Source of the DNA: a virus
DNA: 47,116 nucleotides
IMG/VR virus record: IMGVR_UViG_3300036943_000490
Coordinates: 1-47,116 of that record
Strand: one strand, 5' to 3'
Shown here one piece after another: positions 9,681-17,789 of this stretch. Position numbers and translations under genes: made by a program. The notes under the pieces were generated by a model. The model did no database searches and was not told where the DNA came from. It was given only the letters and a program-made list of their open reading frames with translations. Positions within the stretch are counted from its first letter, which is position 1, and each line of letters begins with the position of its first letter.

Positions 9681-10390
9681 TCTTTCTCTCCTATTCTTAT
9701 TTTAGCTAATTCTTCTACATAACCATATATATGAAGTCCTTTACTAGTACAAATCATTTCTCCTTGTTCAATATTTATTTCAGATGCCATATATTCTTGA
9801 AGTACCGATATTGCAGCAAGGTTTGCTGGAAAACCTCCCCATAGATCCCAAGATCTAAAATAAGGAAAAAAATGTAGTTTATTATCTTGAATTCTTGTAT
9901 CAATATGTCTTAGACAAGGAGGATCATTAAGAGAAAGATCATTTGGTTGAGCTATTTGTAGAACCATTTGATTATTTCTATGACCGTTTCTTTTATATGT
10001 TTCAATTATTTCTGTTATTTGATTAAAACCTGCATTTTCTAACTCTCCACTCCATGTATTACATAACCTAGATCCATAAGTATAAGCTTCATTTGATTTC
10101 TTATCAGCTGTTAAAAGATATGGAATATAATCAATTAGATATTGTTTTTCTACTGGGGGAGGAATAGTACAACTTTCTGGCATCTCAGGTAATAAAGGAA
10201 GATTATCAACTGTTCTAAGCCAAGGTTTTAAAATATGTACATCTATCCAATCAAACTCAATTCTATGTTGTCCAGCATAAGAACCTTTATCTATTTTAAA
10301 CTTTCTTCCTTTATTTACTAATGTATGTATTAGTTGAAACCAAGCATCTGGTAAAGTAATTGCTTCAATAATTATCCTATTCAATTTCAT
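9677..10390 (-). CDS. ThyA-superfamily enzyme (short thymidylate synthase-like; dUMP C5-methylase or hydroxymethylase)
   Basis: DPPCLRHIDTRIQDNKLHFFPYFRSWDLWGGFPANLAAISVL aligns by eye with the ThyA core PPCH...KLSCQLYQRSxDxxLGxPFNIASYALL. The catalytic Cys, RS.D and the Asn of PFN are retained. Only 237 aa. Confidence 0.6.
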   Translation of the reverse strand: MKLNRIIIEAITLPDAWFQLIHTLVNKGRKFKIDKGSYAGQHRIEFDWIDVHILKPWLRTVDNLPLLPEMPESCTIPPPVEKQYLIDYIPYLLTADKKSNEAYTYGSRLCNTWSGELENAGFNQITEIIETYKRNGHRNNQMVLQIAQPNDLSLNDPPCLRHIDTRIQDNKLHFFPYFRSWDLWGGFPANLAAISVLQEYMASEINIEQGEMICTSKGLHIYGYVEELAKIRIGEKE

Positions 10391-10713
10391 TTCTTTTCCT
10401 CCTTTTTAATGTTTAAAAGAACTTCAACATATCTTATATAAAGCGAATTAATATTCCTTAATTCCTCTGCACAACGATATATAGTCACAATCTTATCAAG
10501 TGCATCAATCCCACCTTCGTTCGATAATTGAACAAAGAATCGAGCTTGCTCTATCCATTCCTTATGATCGCGTTGATCCCAAGTATCTTCTATTGTCTGT
10601 TCAAGATAATAACAACACTTATCTGATGTTTCATAAATAAGAATATTATCTTCATGTTTCTTACGACAGAAGATAGTATGAAGAATTTCTGTTACTTGTT
10701 TAAGATTTTTCAT
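10387..10713 (-). CDS. Hypothetical protein (108 aa)
   Basis: ORF track; overlaps both neighbours. Confidence 0.55.
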   Translation of the reverse strand: MKNLKQVTEILHTIFCRKKHEDNILIYETSDKCCYYLEQTIEDTWDQRDHKEWIEQARFFVQLSNEGGIDALDKIVTIYRCAEELRNINSLYIRYVEVLLNIKKEEKK

Positions 10714-11908
10714 TTTTCATCGGCTTGTTATGGACTAAGATTGTGTTACCCACCTTCTCAACAATCGTTATATATTTCATCGTTCGCAAAGTCTTTATAA
10801 TCCTCTCCATTTCATAATCATCAACGTCTCTAACAAACTCAGCCATCAGATCTTGCATTTTTATCTGCTCTTTTAAAGCGATAAATCTCATAATTGCAGA
10901 AACAATATCAGATTTATTCGATCTACCCATACCAGCGAAAACATTCGGCATATTTCTTTCTGTCTCAGATAAAAAAGCAATTGCTCTTTCTAAGTCTCTG
11001 ACTCTTATAATCATCTCATTCGATCTCGATGCTGAGAAAATCATAGAAAGCTTTGTTATATGCCCTGGTCTTCGTGACCAGTAATGCTTAAAATTTCTCG
11101 GATCGAAAGGTGGGTCTATAGGCATAGTCATATAAAATTCAGTCCAAGCAGCTACATAATTTTTCGAAACTTTGAATCTGCCGGAAAGTGCCTTTATTTG
11201 ATGAAGATCTTCTGTGAGTTTTCTTTTAAGATCTCTCCCTTCCTCAGTATGAGTGAAAAATGGGCATGGAACTCTTGCTCTGATCATCGGCTCGTAAACG
11301 AAGATGATACGACTTGACAAACCAGATCCGACAATTTCTGTTGGCATAGCCATTTGTATAAGATCTGGCGTCGTCGCTCCGATGAGGTTAAGAAATACTC
11401 CAATAATTTCTTCTGTGCCTCTACCGATAGTTTCATAGATAAAACGTGGTCTGCAATCATAAAAGTCGCATAAGATTGACATGAATTCTTTGTTCTGATA
11501 ACCAAGAAAAACGGTTAGCTCAGGCGAGAAACATGTCAAAGATGAGTGGGTTGATATATAGTTATCTTCTGTTTCTTCTCCAATCTCAGTATCCTCGCTC
11601 TCCATAAGACGTTTTATAAGAGCTTGTGGAGAATTTGCATCAGCTGCGATTGGTACATTCAGTTCGTCTACAAATTCCCTAGCAAAAGCCATAGCTGTTC
11701 CTTTTCTTGCATCTCCAGCAGGACCAGTTATTGCTATGAAGAAGTTTGGATAATGTGTTAGAGATCCCCAGACAAGTTTACACTTTCTTTGAAGTGCAGC
11801 TGCTATCGTGGATATAGCACACCATTCATGATACTTTGTTGGAGGTTCGCTATCATGACAATAGTATTTATATGAGTCGAACCAATCAGAAAGATTACGA
11901 TCCGGCAT
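10700..11908 (-). CDS. DUF3987/VirE-like P-loop NTPase (putative replicative helicase or primase-associated)
   Basis: FIAITGPAGDARKGTAMAF is a degenerate Walker A after a conserved hydrophobic segment (WCAISTIAAALQRK). Lies next to the polymerase. Family assignment is from memory of the DUF3987 pattern. Confidence 0.4.
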   Translation of the reverse strand: MPDRNLSDWFDSYKYYCHDSEPPTKYHEWCAISTIAAALQRKCKLVWGSLTHYPNFFIAITGPAGDARKGTAMAFAREFVDELNVPIAADANSPQALIKRLMESEDTEIGEETEDNYISTHSSLTCFSPELTVFLGYQNKEFMSILCDFYDCRPRFIYETIGRGTEEIIGVFLNLIGATTPDLIQMAMPTEIVGSGLSSRIIFVYEPMIRARVPCPFFTHTEEGRDLKRKLTEDLHQIKALSGRFKVSKNYVAAWTEFYMTMPIDPPFDPRNFKHYWSRRPGHITKLSMIFSASRSNEMIIRVRDLERAIAFLSETERNMPNVFAGMGRSNKSDIVSAIMRFIALKEQIKMQDLMAEFVRDVDDYEMERIIKTLRTMKYITIVEKVGNTILVHNKPMKNEKS

Positions 11909-12042
11909 TAGTTCTCCTCATCACCAAACATTTCTTCATACCAAATTTTTAATTTTTCTCTTTTTTCTTTTCTTTCTTCTTCTGTTAAATTTTCATATTC
12001 TAATACATCGTCTATTATAATTAAATCAGGTTTATTTCCCAT
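11908..12042 (-). CDS. Small acidic ORF (44 aa) bridging polymerase and NTPase genes
   Basis: Hand translation: MGNKPDLIIIDDVLEYENLTEEERKEKREKLKIWYEEMFGDEEN. Its TAA overlaps ATG 11908 (TAATG) and its start overlaps the polymerase stop. SD spacing is about 10 nt, hence low confidence. Confidence 0.35.
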   Translation of the reverse strand: MGNKPDLIIIDDVLEYENLTEEERKEKREKLKIWYEEMFGDEEN

Positions 12043-14644
12043 AACTCATAATCTCCTTATGAGCTTTCTTTTTATCTTCTTTTGTATTAAATTCTGTTCT
12101 AAGCCATTCCCAACCTAACTCAAGAACCTTTGCAAGCTTATCTTCTTCCTCTGGCCAATCTTTCGACTCAATATCAAAGCCGACTCTTTTATTCATACAT
12201 TTACCTAAAGTAAAAGAAGCAGGCACAACAAACTCCCTACCATAATGAGTGACAAGAGGAATCTCAAGACTCGCTTTAATAAGATTAAGTTGCTTTGCCC
12301 AAGCTAGCCAACCAATCTCAAGTGGATTCTGAAATCCAATCTCATCATGGACTTGTCGTAAGATCTCTATGGATCTGAATAAGTCTTGATTATAATAGAT
12401 ATATTCTATTCCTCGCTCATTAATTATATCTCCGACACTTCCCTGAGGTATGCACGAGAAAGCTTCCTTGAAAGTATTATCATCTAATCTATTAAGGAAA
12501 ACCGTTCTTCTGCCCAAGAGATTAACCAGTGTCCTGTTGATCCTAAGACAGCGGCGGACATAAGCATGAAAGCCCCGCTTAACACCAGGATATAAAGTAT
12601 GATAAGCGTTATATATTTTCTTACCATCAGCGTTAGGTATTTCATTTTTGAGAGCAAAAGCATCTGATCCCCAATCATAGTTGAATCCATGGTTAGCTTT
12701 CTTTCCCCAGTCTCGCCAAGTATGAGTTCCATCACCCATAGGAGCAAGCTCTTTAACGTTAAAATGCTTTAAAAAATCTTCTATATACTTATCATCAAAA
12801 GGATCTACTTGCTGTGGATAAAAAGTCTCAACAATAAACAAAGCTGTCTTTTCATGTACATCTGTTCCAGTCTCAAAGACCTCAATCATATTAAGGATCT
12901 CACCAACATATGCGACAATTCTGTTTTCAGCTTGATCAAGATCAAAGGCCCCATAGGCATATCCTTCGTCTGCAAGTAGGAATTCTTGAAGCTCAGCGGG
13001 CCAATTCTGATTGTTTCCTCCTGTTCCAAATATGTTTTCAGCTGATGAAAGACGAGAATACCTTGTGCCAGATGGTTTGTAAAGACAACGATATCTGTTA
13101 TCAGAGTCGATCTTTTTGACATCAAGATATGTTGAATGTTGCTTTGTGAGACGACGTTTTTTAAGTATGAGAGTAGCTTCATCTCTAAATCCCTTTCTTG
13201 CCATACGTTTCATAGCTATATCATCGAATGTAGGAGAACATCTTCCTCCTCCACGATGAGTTTTATATGGAGTAAACTTTTTTTCATCTTTAAAATACTT
13301 AAGCATTTGAACAGAAGAACCTGCAAACTTTTCATTATATTCAGGACCGATAATATCAAGAAGATCTCTTGTTGTCTTATCTATTTCATCCTGAATATCT
13401 CTTGCTTTCTTATCCATCTTATTAACATCAACAAGAAGTCCCCTCTCCATCATATAACAACAAGGTTCTATCATAAGTCTTTGTCGTTCATATGCTTCTT
13501 GATTATTTTGATTTCTTATCATTTCTTCCTGCTTCGGAAATATCTCATCACACATAAGAGAATCAAGACAATTATAATGCCAGAATGTTTCGTATGCTCC
13601 TCCATATGTTAAGAAGTCTTTTCCATCACGCTTATAATAAGGTTGATCTGTCCACCATGATGTTAGAAAATCAAGACCAACAGGATAATCAGGCATAATA
13701 GTTTTCTGAGCTATCATAGTATCATCAGCATTTGTCATGGATATCCCATAACGACGAAGAAGAAAATGAGCATCGAAAACAAGGTTCTGACCACATTTTC
13801 TTATATCAGGACTTTGAAGAATATTAGCTATCCAAAGCCATAACTTTAATTCATCGTCGATAGTATAATAATCTCCTCTGTGATCAGCGAAAGGTATTGA
13901 CATTCCCTGACCATTAACAGCAAAGCTGATGCACGATACCTGTTTATGTGCCCTACCCATAAAAACTTCAATGTCATAAGATATCCGTTCACCTTTCATT
14001 CCTTCGTTATAACAATATATGAGAAAGTCAAGAGCTTGTGAAAAAGACGGTTTTATAAAAACACTTCGTTCGGTGGGAATATAAAGTCCTTCAACAATAT
14101 TCCTCATTCTTTCCATATCATGAACAATAAGCTTACGATTAAGAAATTGATTCTTAGGCTTTATAACAGTAGCTGGATGAAAAGCTGGAACAATTTTCTT
14201 ATCAAAAGAAACTCCATCTATCTCACAAGGAAGAATGGAACCACGATAATTTGTGATCCCAGTTCTTCCTGTGAGAGCAAACAAAGCGATTCCACCAAAA
14301 GCCATAATGCAATCCGCTTTGATATCTGATACTTCACGTTTGAGTAGTTCGAGATAATATTTACCTTTAGGATGAATTATAGGATTTCTGAGGAGTTTAT
14401 TATTCTGATAAAGTTGAATATATTCATCAGGTGATTCATCAAAGTCCTTAAGAATATTAGATATATAACAAAAAACCCTTGGTATGTCAGCAAGATCAAG
14501 ACAACGATCAAGCTCATTACCAGCAGGACCACAGAAAAGCTGGCGACGTTTAACTTCCTCACGACCAGGCTGTTCACCGAAGATAGCAAACTTTGAGTCT
14601 TGTCTTCCAATAGGACGTATGAAGGTACGAGGCCCATCAAGCAT
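12032..14644 (-). CDS. Family A DNA polymerase with 3'-5' exonuclease domain and N-terminal family-4 UDG-like domain
   Basis: FGEQPG, FCGPAGNEL and FHPA resemble UDG family-4 motifs. YDIEV is Exo I; DLDQAENRIVA is PolA motif A; RDWGKKANHGFNYDWG is motif B; QVHDEI is motif C. Start moved to ATG 14644 (MLDGPRTF), which overlaps the upstream stop by 8 nt. Confidence 0.85.
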   Translation of the reverse strand: MLDGPRTFIRPIGRQDSKFAIFGEQPGREEVKRRQLFCGPAGNELDRCLDLADIPRVFCYISNILKDFDESPDEYIQLYQNNKLLRNPIIHPKGKYYLELLKREVSDIKADCIMAFGGIALFALTGRTGITNYRGSILPCEIDGVSFDKKIVPAFHPATVIKPKNQFLNRKLIVHDMERMRNIVEGLYIPTERSVFIKPSFSQALDFLIYCYNEGMKGERISYDIEVFMGRAHKQVSCISFAVNGQGMSIPFADHRGDYYTIDDELKLWLWIANILQSPDIRKCGQNLVFDAHFLLRRYGISMTNADDTMIAQKTIMPDYPVGLDFLTSWWTDQPYYKRDGKDFLTYGGAYETFWHYNCLDSLMCDEIFPKQEEMIRNQNNQEAYERQRLMIEPCCYMMERGLLVDVNKMDKKARDIQDEIDKTTRDLLDIIGPEYNEKFAGSSVQMLKYFKDEKKFTPYKTHRGGGRCSPTFDDIAMKRMARKGFRDEATLILKKRRLTKQHSTYLDVKKIDSDNRYRCLYKPSGTRYSRLSSAENIFGTGGNNQNWPAELQEFLLADEGYAYGAFDLDQAENRIVAYVGEILNMIEVFETGTDVHEKTALFIVETFYPQQVDPFDDKYIEDFLKHFNVKELAPMGDGTHTWRDWGKKANHGFNYDWGSDAFALKNEIPNADGKKIYNAYHTLYPGVKRGFHAYVRRCLRINRTLVNLLGRRTVFLNRLDDNTFKEAFSCIPQGSVGDIINERGIEYIYYNQDLFRSIEILRQVHDEIGFQNPLEIGWLAWAKQLNLIKASLEIPLVTHYGREFVVPASFTLGKCMNKRVGFDIESKDWPEEEDKLAKVLELGWEWLRTEFNTKEDKKKAHKEIMSYGK

Positions 14645-14945
14645 TTTCAAAATCCTTAATATCAGATAAATCGCTTTGACTATCATTTGTAGTCAAAAAT
14701 GAAAATAAATACATAGCAAAATGAGCTATTTTTACTGCATCTCTGACTCCATCAGCTCTACCTCTAGAAGATTTACCTATTCTATCTACATATGCTTCTA
14801 ACTTAGCTTGTATTTTTATATTATTATATTTTTTTATTGTCTTATCAGGAAAGTCTCCATATTGAGGCACTACATAATTTTTTATATGTTTTTCTACTAT
14901 AGCTGAAAACTGTCTCCATTGAGTTAATTTATCTTTTGCTATCAT
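14637..14945 (-). CDS. Hypothetical protein (102 aa)
   Basis: ORF track; IPM plus GGAG SD upstream. Confidence 0.6.
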   Translation of the reverse strand: MIAKDKLTQWRQFSAIVEKHIKNYVVPQYGDFPDKTIKKYNNIKIQAKLEAYVDRIGKSSRGRADGVRDAVKIAHFAMYLFSFLTTNDSQSDLSDIKDFENA

Positions 14946-14953
14946 TATTATCT

Positions 14954-14977
14954 CCTTTGTTCAATTATTAAATGAAG
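14954..14977 (-). promoter_or_regulatory. IPM copy
   Basis: Sense strand CTTCATTTAATAATTGAACAAAGG, 8 nt before ATG 14945. Confidence 0.6.
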
Positions 14978-15163
14978 TTATAAATCTTCATCTGGATATG
15001 TTGTCTTTAATCTACTTGCTTCTATTCTTATATTCCTAGGTTTTTGTATGCCAAACTCATCTTCTTCTACATTTTCCTTTATCCAGTGTCTTAAAGCATA
15101 ACATTCAATACCTGTTTCAGGAGTTATAACCAATAATCCAGATTCTTCTATAATCACTTTCAT
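14978..15163 (-). CDS. Hypothetical protein (61 aa)
   Basis: ORF track; 1-nt gap to the upstream gene. Confidence 0.5.
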   Translation of the reverse strand: MKVIIEESGLLVITPETGIECYALRHWIKENVEEDEFGIQKPRNIRIEASRLKTTYPDEDL

Positions 15164-15164
15164 T

Positions 15165-16562
15165 TTAAATCTCCTTGTGAACTTTTATTATATATCCATC
15201 CCTATATTCTTTCGTAAGATCAAATCCAATAGGTATCATTGATAACTTAGCTGCCTCTAAAAGCGTCCTTCCTGATCCAGCAAAAGGTACAAGAATCCTA
15301 TCATTCGTATGACCGAATGTTTGAAGAACATCTGTAATAAGCTCTTTCGGTCTTTCTGTCGGATGATACTTATGTGAATGAGGAACTGGTCGATGTCCGA
15401 AGACATTACTATGACCAGGTTTGTTTAAGGTCGGAGAGCCTTTTCTTGCATAAAAGAAAAACTCATATGAATTAGCAAGACAATATTCAGGATTATTTGT
15501 CTGACCATAGGCACCTTCTACGAATCCATCGTTTGCTTCATCAACACCTTTAACCCAAAGACCAGGAAGTCTCGAACATTTAAAACCAGCTTCGGTTATC
15601 CACTGATACATAGATTCAAACCAAGGATCAGGCCCAAACCAGACAATCATCCAAGAATTATCTTTAAGAACCCTATAACATTCTCGAAAGACATTCTTCA
15701 TAAAGTCAGGATATTTCTCAGGATCGATCTCATTATATCCTGTATAGTTATATCCTTTCTTTTGTTTTTCAAGTTCAATAGAATAAGGCGGATCGATCTC
15801 ACAAAAATTCATAGTATGATCGCCGATCTTTTTAACTCCGACGAAGAAATCTTCAACCTTATAAGCATCGACAAGAACTCGCTTTCTATCTTCTCCAGTT
15901 TTAAGAACCCTCTCAGCTTTCTTAGCATCAGTCAGTTGCTTAGCAGCCTTATGAGCACCTTTCATAGCTTTCTTAACATCAGCCTGAGTCTTAAACTGTC
16001 CCCAATCAACCTGAGGAAGATCTTCCATCATTTTTGCAAGCTTTAGATCCTCAGATATCTTACCTTTTGACTTACCCATAAGATCTGCAGTGTCAGCCTG
16101 TGACCAGCCAGGAGCATCTGGATTGGTAGAGTGTTTCTTTCCATGGATAGATATCTGAAGTTCATGAATACGTCTTTCGAGCTGTATCTTTTCCTGCCAT
16201 GTTAGATCTTTCCGATACATATTTTCAGAATATTCTAGGACTCTAAGTTGATGTTCTGTAAGTTCAGGATATACTCTGATTGTTATTTCTAAGTTTGAAG
16301 AAGGATCTTTTTGTTTAAGCTTCTCATCTAAGAATGTCAAAGCACGAAACCTTCTGCCTCCAGCTACCAAGGTATAAGGCTTCTCTGATCCTTCAGGATT
16401 TTTACAAACTGAAACTGGTTGGATAAGACCTTCTTTGGTTATGTTCTGTGCGAGGGCTGCTACATCACCATAATCCTTTCGAAAGCGATCCCCAACTTCG
16501 ATCTCATAAAGATAAGCATTTTTAAACTCAAGATTGGCTACGCGTATAGGAAAATTTCCCAT
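15165..16562 (-). CDS. ParB-like N-terminal domain fused to DNA methyltransferase (DPPY class, N6-adenine or N4-cytosine)
   Basis: ParB/Srx box LVAGGRRFRAL near the N-terminus. C-terminal half has FCEIDPPYS (motif IV) followed by VPFAGSGRTLLEAAKL (motif I FxGxG), the beta-class order. Confidence 0.8.
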   Translation of the reverse strand: MGNFPIRVANLEFKNAYLYEIEVGDRFRKDYGDVAALAQNITKEGLIQPVSVCKNPEGSEKPYTLVAGGRRFRALTFLDEKLKQKDPSSNLEITIRVYPELTEHQLRVLEYSENMYRKDLTWQEKIQLERRIHELQISIHGKKHSTNPDAPGWSQADTADLMGKSKGKISEDLKLAKMMEDLPQVDWGQFKTQADVKKAMKGAHKAAKQLTDAKKAERVLKTGEDRKRVLVDAYKVEDFFVGVKKIGDHTMNFCEIDPPYSIELEKQKKGYNYTGYNEIDPEKYPDFMKNVFRECYRVLKDNSWMIVWFGPDPWFESMYQWITEAGFKCSRLPGLWVKGVDEANDGFVEGAYGQTNNPEYCLANSYEFFFYARKGSPTLNKPGHSNVFGHRPVPHSHKYHPTERPKELITDVLQTFGHTNDRILVPFAGSGRTLLEAAKLSMIPIGFDLTKEYRDGYIIKVHKEI

Positions 16563-16568
16563 CTTAAA

Positions 16569-16808
16569 CTATCCTTTCTTTTGTAGTTTTTTAAGAAGCT
16601 CTGTTGCTTGCTTCTTATCCATAGTAGCAAGAATATCGTCGATAGAAAGTTGCTTAAGAGATTGCTTTGCTTTTTTCTTAGCAGCTTTTTTCTTAGTAAT
16701 CTTCTTAGGCTTTTGCTCTCGACGAAGGGCTCTGAGCTCTCGGATGAGAGAATATTTAGCTTCTTCTGAAAGGTCTAATATGGAAGGTTTTAGGTCGGAG
16801 GTTTGCAT
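16569..16808 (-). CDS. Lys-rich small protein (79 aa)
   Basis: ORF track; KPKKITKKKAAKKKAK tract suggests nucleic-acid binding (inference). Confidence 0.5.
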   Translation of the reverse strand: MQTSDLKPSILDLSEEAKYSLIRELRALRREQKPKKITKKKAAKKKAKQSLKQLSIDDILATMDKKQATELLKKLQKKG

Positions 16809-16927
16809 TATCTTTCTTCTTTTATCAAATCTATTATACTTTGTTCATCTATTTCATAAATATCACTATCATCAATTTCTACATAAATTAAATCGTCTTC
16901 TTTGTATATAGTAGTTATATGTTCCAT
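16808..16927 (-). CDS. Small acidic ORF (39 aa)
   Basis: Hand translation: MEHITTIYKEDDLIYVEIDDSDIYEIDEQSIIDLIKEER. GGGAGA lies 7 nt upstream and its TAA overlaps ATG 16808. Confidence 0.4.
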   Translation of the reverse strand: MEHITTIYKEDDLIYVEIDDSDIYEIDEQSIIDLIKEER

Positions 16928-16929
16928 AA

Positions 16930-17133
16930 TCATTCTCCCAAAAAATAATCTTCAAGTTTTATCCTCTTACTAACAATCGCTCCTAATGCTCCTGATCCAC
17001 AACGCTTTGTCATATCGATGAGCATATCGATAAGCGCTGAGAAAAGCTGTTGCTTCCATCCATATGGAAGATTGTCGAGGAAATTCTTCTGATATTCTTT
17101 AAGATCGATTGTTAGGCGAGGACGTTCTGACAT
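16930..17133 (-). CDS. Hypothetical protein (67 aa)
   Basis: ORF track; first CDS downstream of the tRNA. Confidence 0.5.
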   Translation of the reverse strand: MSERPRLTIDLKEYQKNFLDNLPYGWKQQLFSALIDMLIDMTKRCGSGALGAIVSKRIKLEDYFLGE

Positions 17134-17145
17134 TTCTTTTCCTTC

Positions 17146-17221
17146 TGGTGGTCATGGAAGGATTCGAACCTTCGACCTGTCGCTTATAAGGCAACTGCTC
17201 TAACCGCTGAGCTACATGACC
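17146..17221 (-). tRNA. tRNA-Ile, anticodon UAU, CCA encoded
   Basis: Hand-folded from the reverse complement: GGTCATG-TA-GCTC-AGCGGTTA-GAGC-A-GTTGC-CTTATAA-GCGAC-AGGTC-GAAGG-TTCGAAT-CCTTC-CATGACC-A-CCA. This is a 76-nt cloverleaf with all stems paired (one G-U); anticodon positions 34-36 are TAT. Confidence 0.85.
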
Positions 17222-17230
17222 AAGATAAAG

Positions 17231-17437
17231 GTGGGCAGGGATTTGCACCCTGCATGACTGGTACTATTTTAAGATAACCTAAGGTTGCGTATCCAAAACA
17301 AGTACATTAGCTTTTAAATTACATTGCTCTACTCCTATGTAGAGTTGTACTAATGCTCGGGGATTTCTTTGCCATATCCTTGTTAAGAACGTCCCAGTCT
17401 ACAACCGTTTAGCGTCTACCTATTCCGCCACCACCCT
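17231..17437 (-). ncRNA. tRNA-derived structured RNA: class-II-type 5' acceptor/D-arm and 3' T-arm/acceptor separated by about 150 nt
   Basis: The sense strand starts AGGGTGGTGGCGGAATAGGTAGACGC, which is 19 of 20 identical to the bacterial tRNA-Leu D-arm GTGGCGGAATTGGTAGACGC. It ends GCAGGGTGCAAATCCCTGCCCACCT, a T-arm-like hairpin plus acceptor-like tail. The insert contains hairpins CTCTAC/GTAGAG and AACC/GGTT and long-range GTTGTA/TACAAC pairing. I could not fold an anticodon arm, and the acceptor has 2 mismatches. Confidence 0.35.
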
Positions 17438-17458
17438 ATGTTTAATAATTGAATAAAG
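17436..17458 (-). promoter_or_regulatory. IPM copy abutting the tRNA-like RNA
   Basis: Sense strand CTTTATTCAATTATTAAACATAG runs straight into the GGGTGGTGGCGG 5' end of the tRNA-like element, so no CDS start follows. Confidence 0.5.
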
Positions 17459-17752
17459 TTAACCTATTGGAATTAATTTTCTTCCATTATTATCATCATC
17501 TGTAATAGTAACACCTGGTACATATGTTAATGCTTCTGCTACTGCATAACTGCCATCATTATTTCTCTGTTGTGTTGTTACTTGAACTATACATCCTCCT
17601 ACAACAGCCATAGCTTTTGTACTCTTCATCCATCCTTCACTTTCGCTAGATGCTTTACATAGAAGGCTAAACATATCCCCATTTCCCACTACTTTAATAT
17701 CCTTTACGTTCTTTCTAGCTCCAGAAACGTCTGAATTATGTAACGTTTTCAT
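17459..17752 (-). CDS. Hypothetical protein (97 aa)
   Basis: ORF track gives start 17776. I prefer ATG 17752 (MKTLHN) because a full IPM plus AGGA lies 8 nt upstream of it. Confidence 0.55.
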   Translation of the reverse strand: MKTLHNSDVSGARKNVKDIKVVGNGDMFSLLCKASSESEGWMKSTKAMAVVGGCIVQVTTQQRNNDGSYAVAEALTYVPGVTITDDDNNGRKLIPIG

Positions 17753-17760
17753 AATTATTA

Positions 17761-17785
17761 TCCTATGTTTATTCATTGAACAAAG
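17761..17785 (-). promoter_or_regulatory. IPM copy
   Basis: Sense strand CTTTGTTCAATGAATAAACATAGGA, 8 nt before ATG 17752. Confidence 0.6.
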
Positions 17786-17789
17786 ATGA

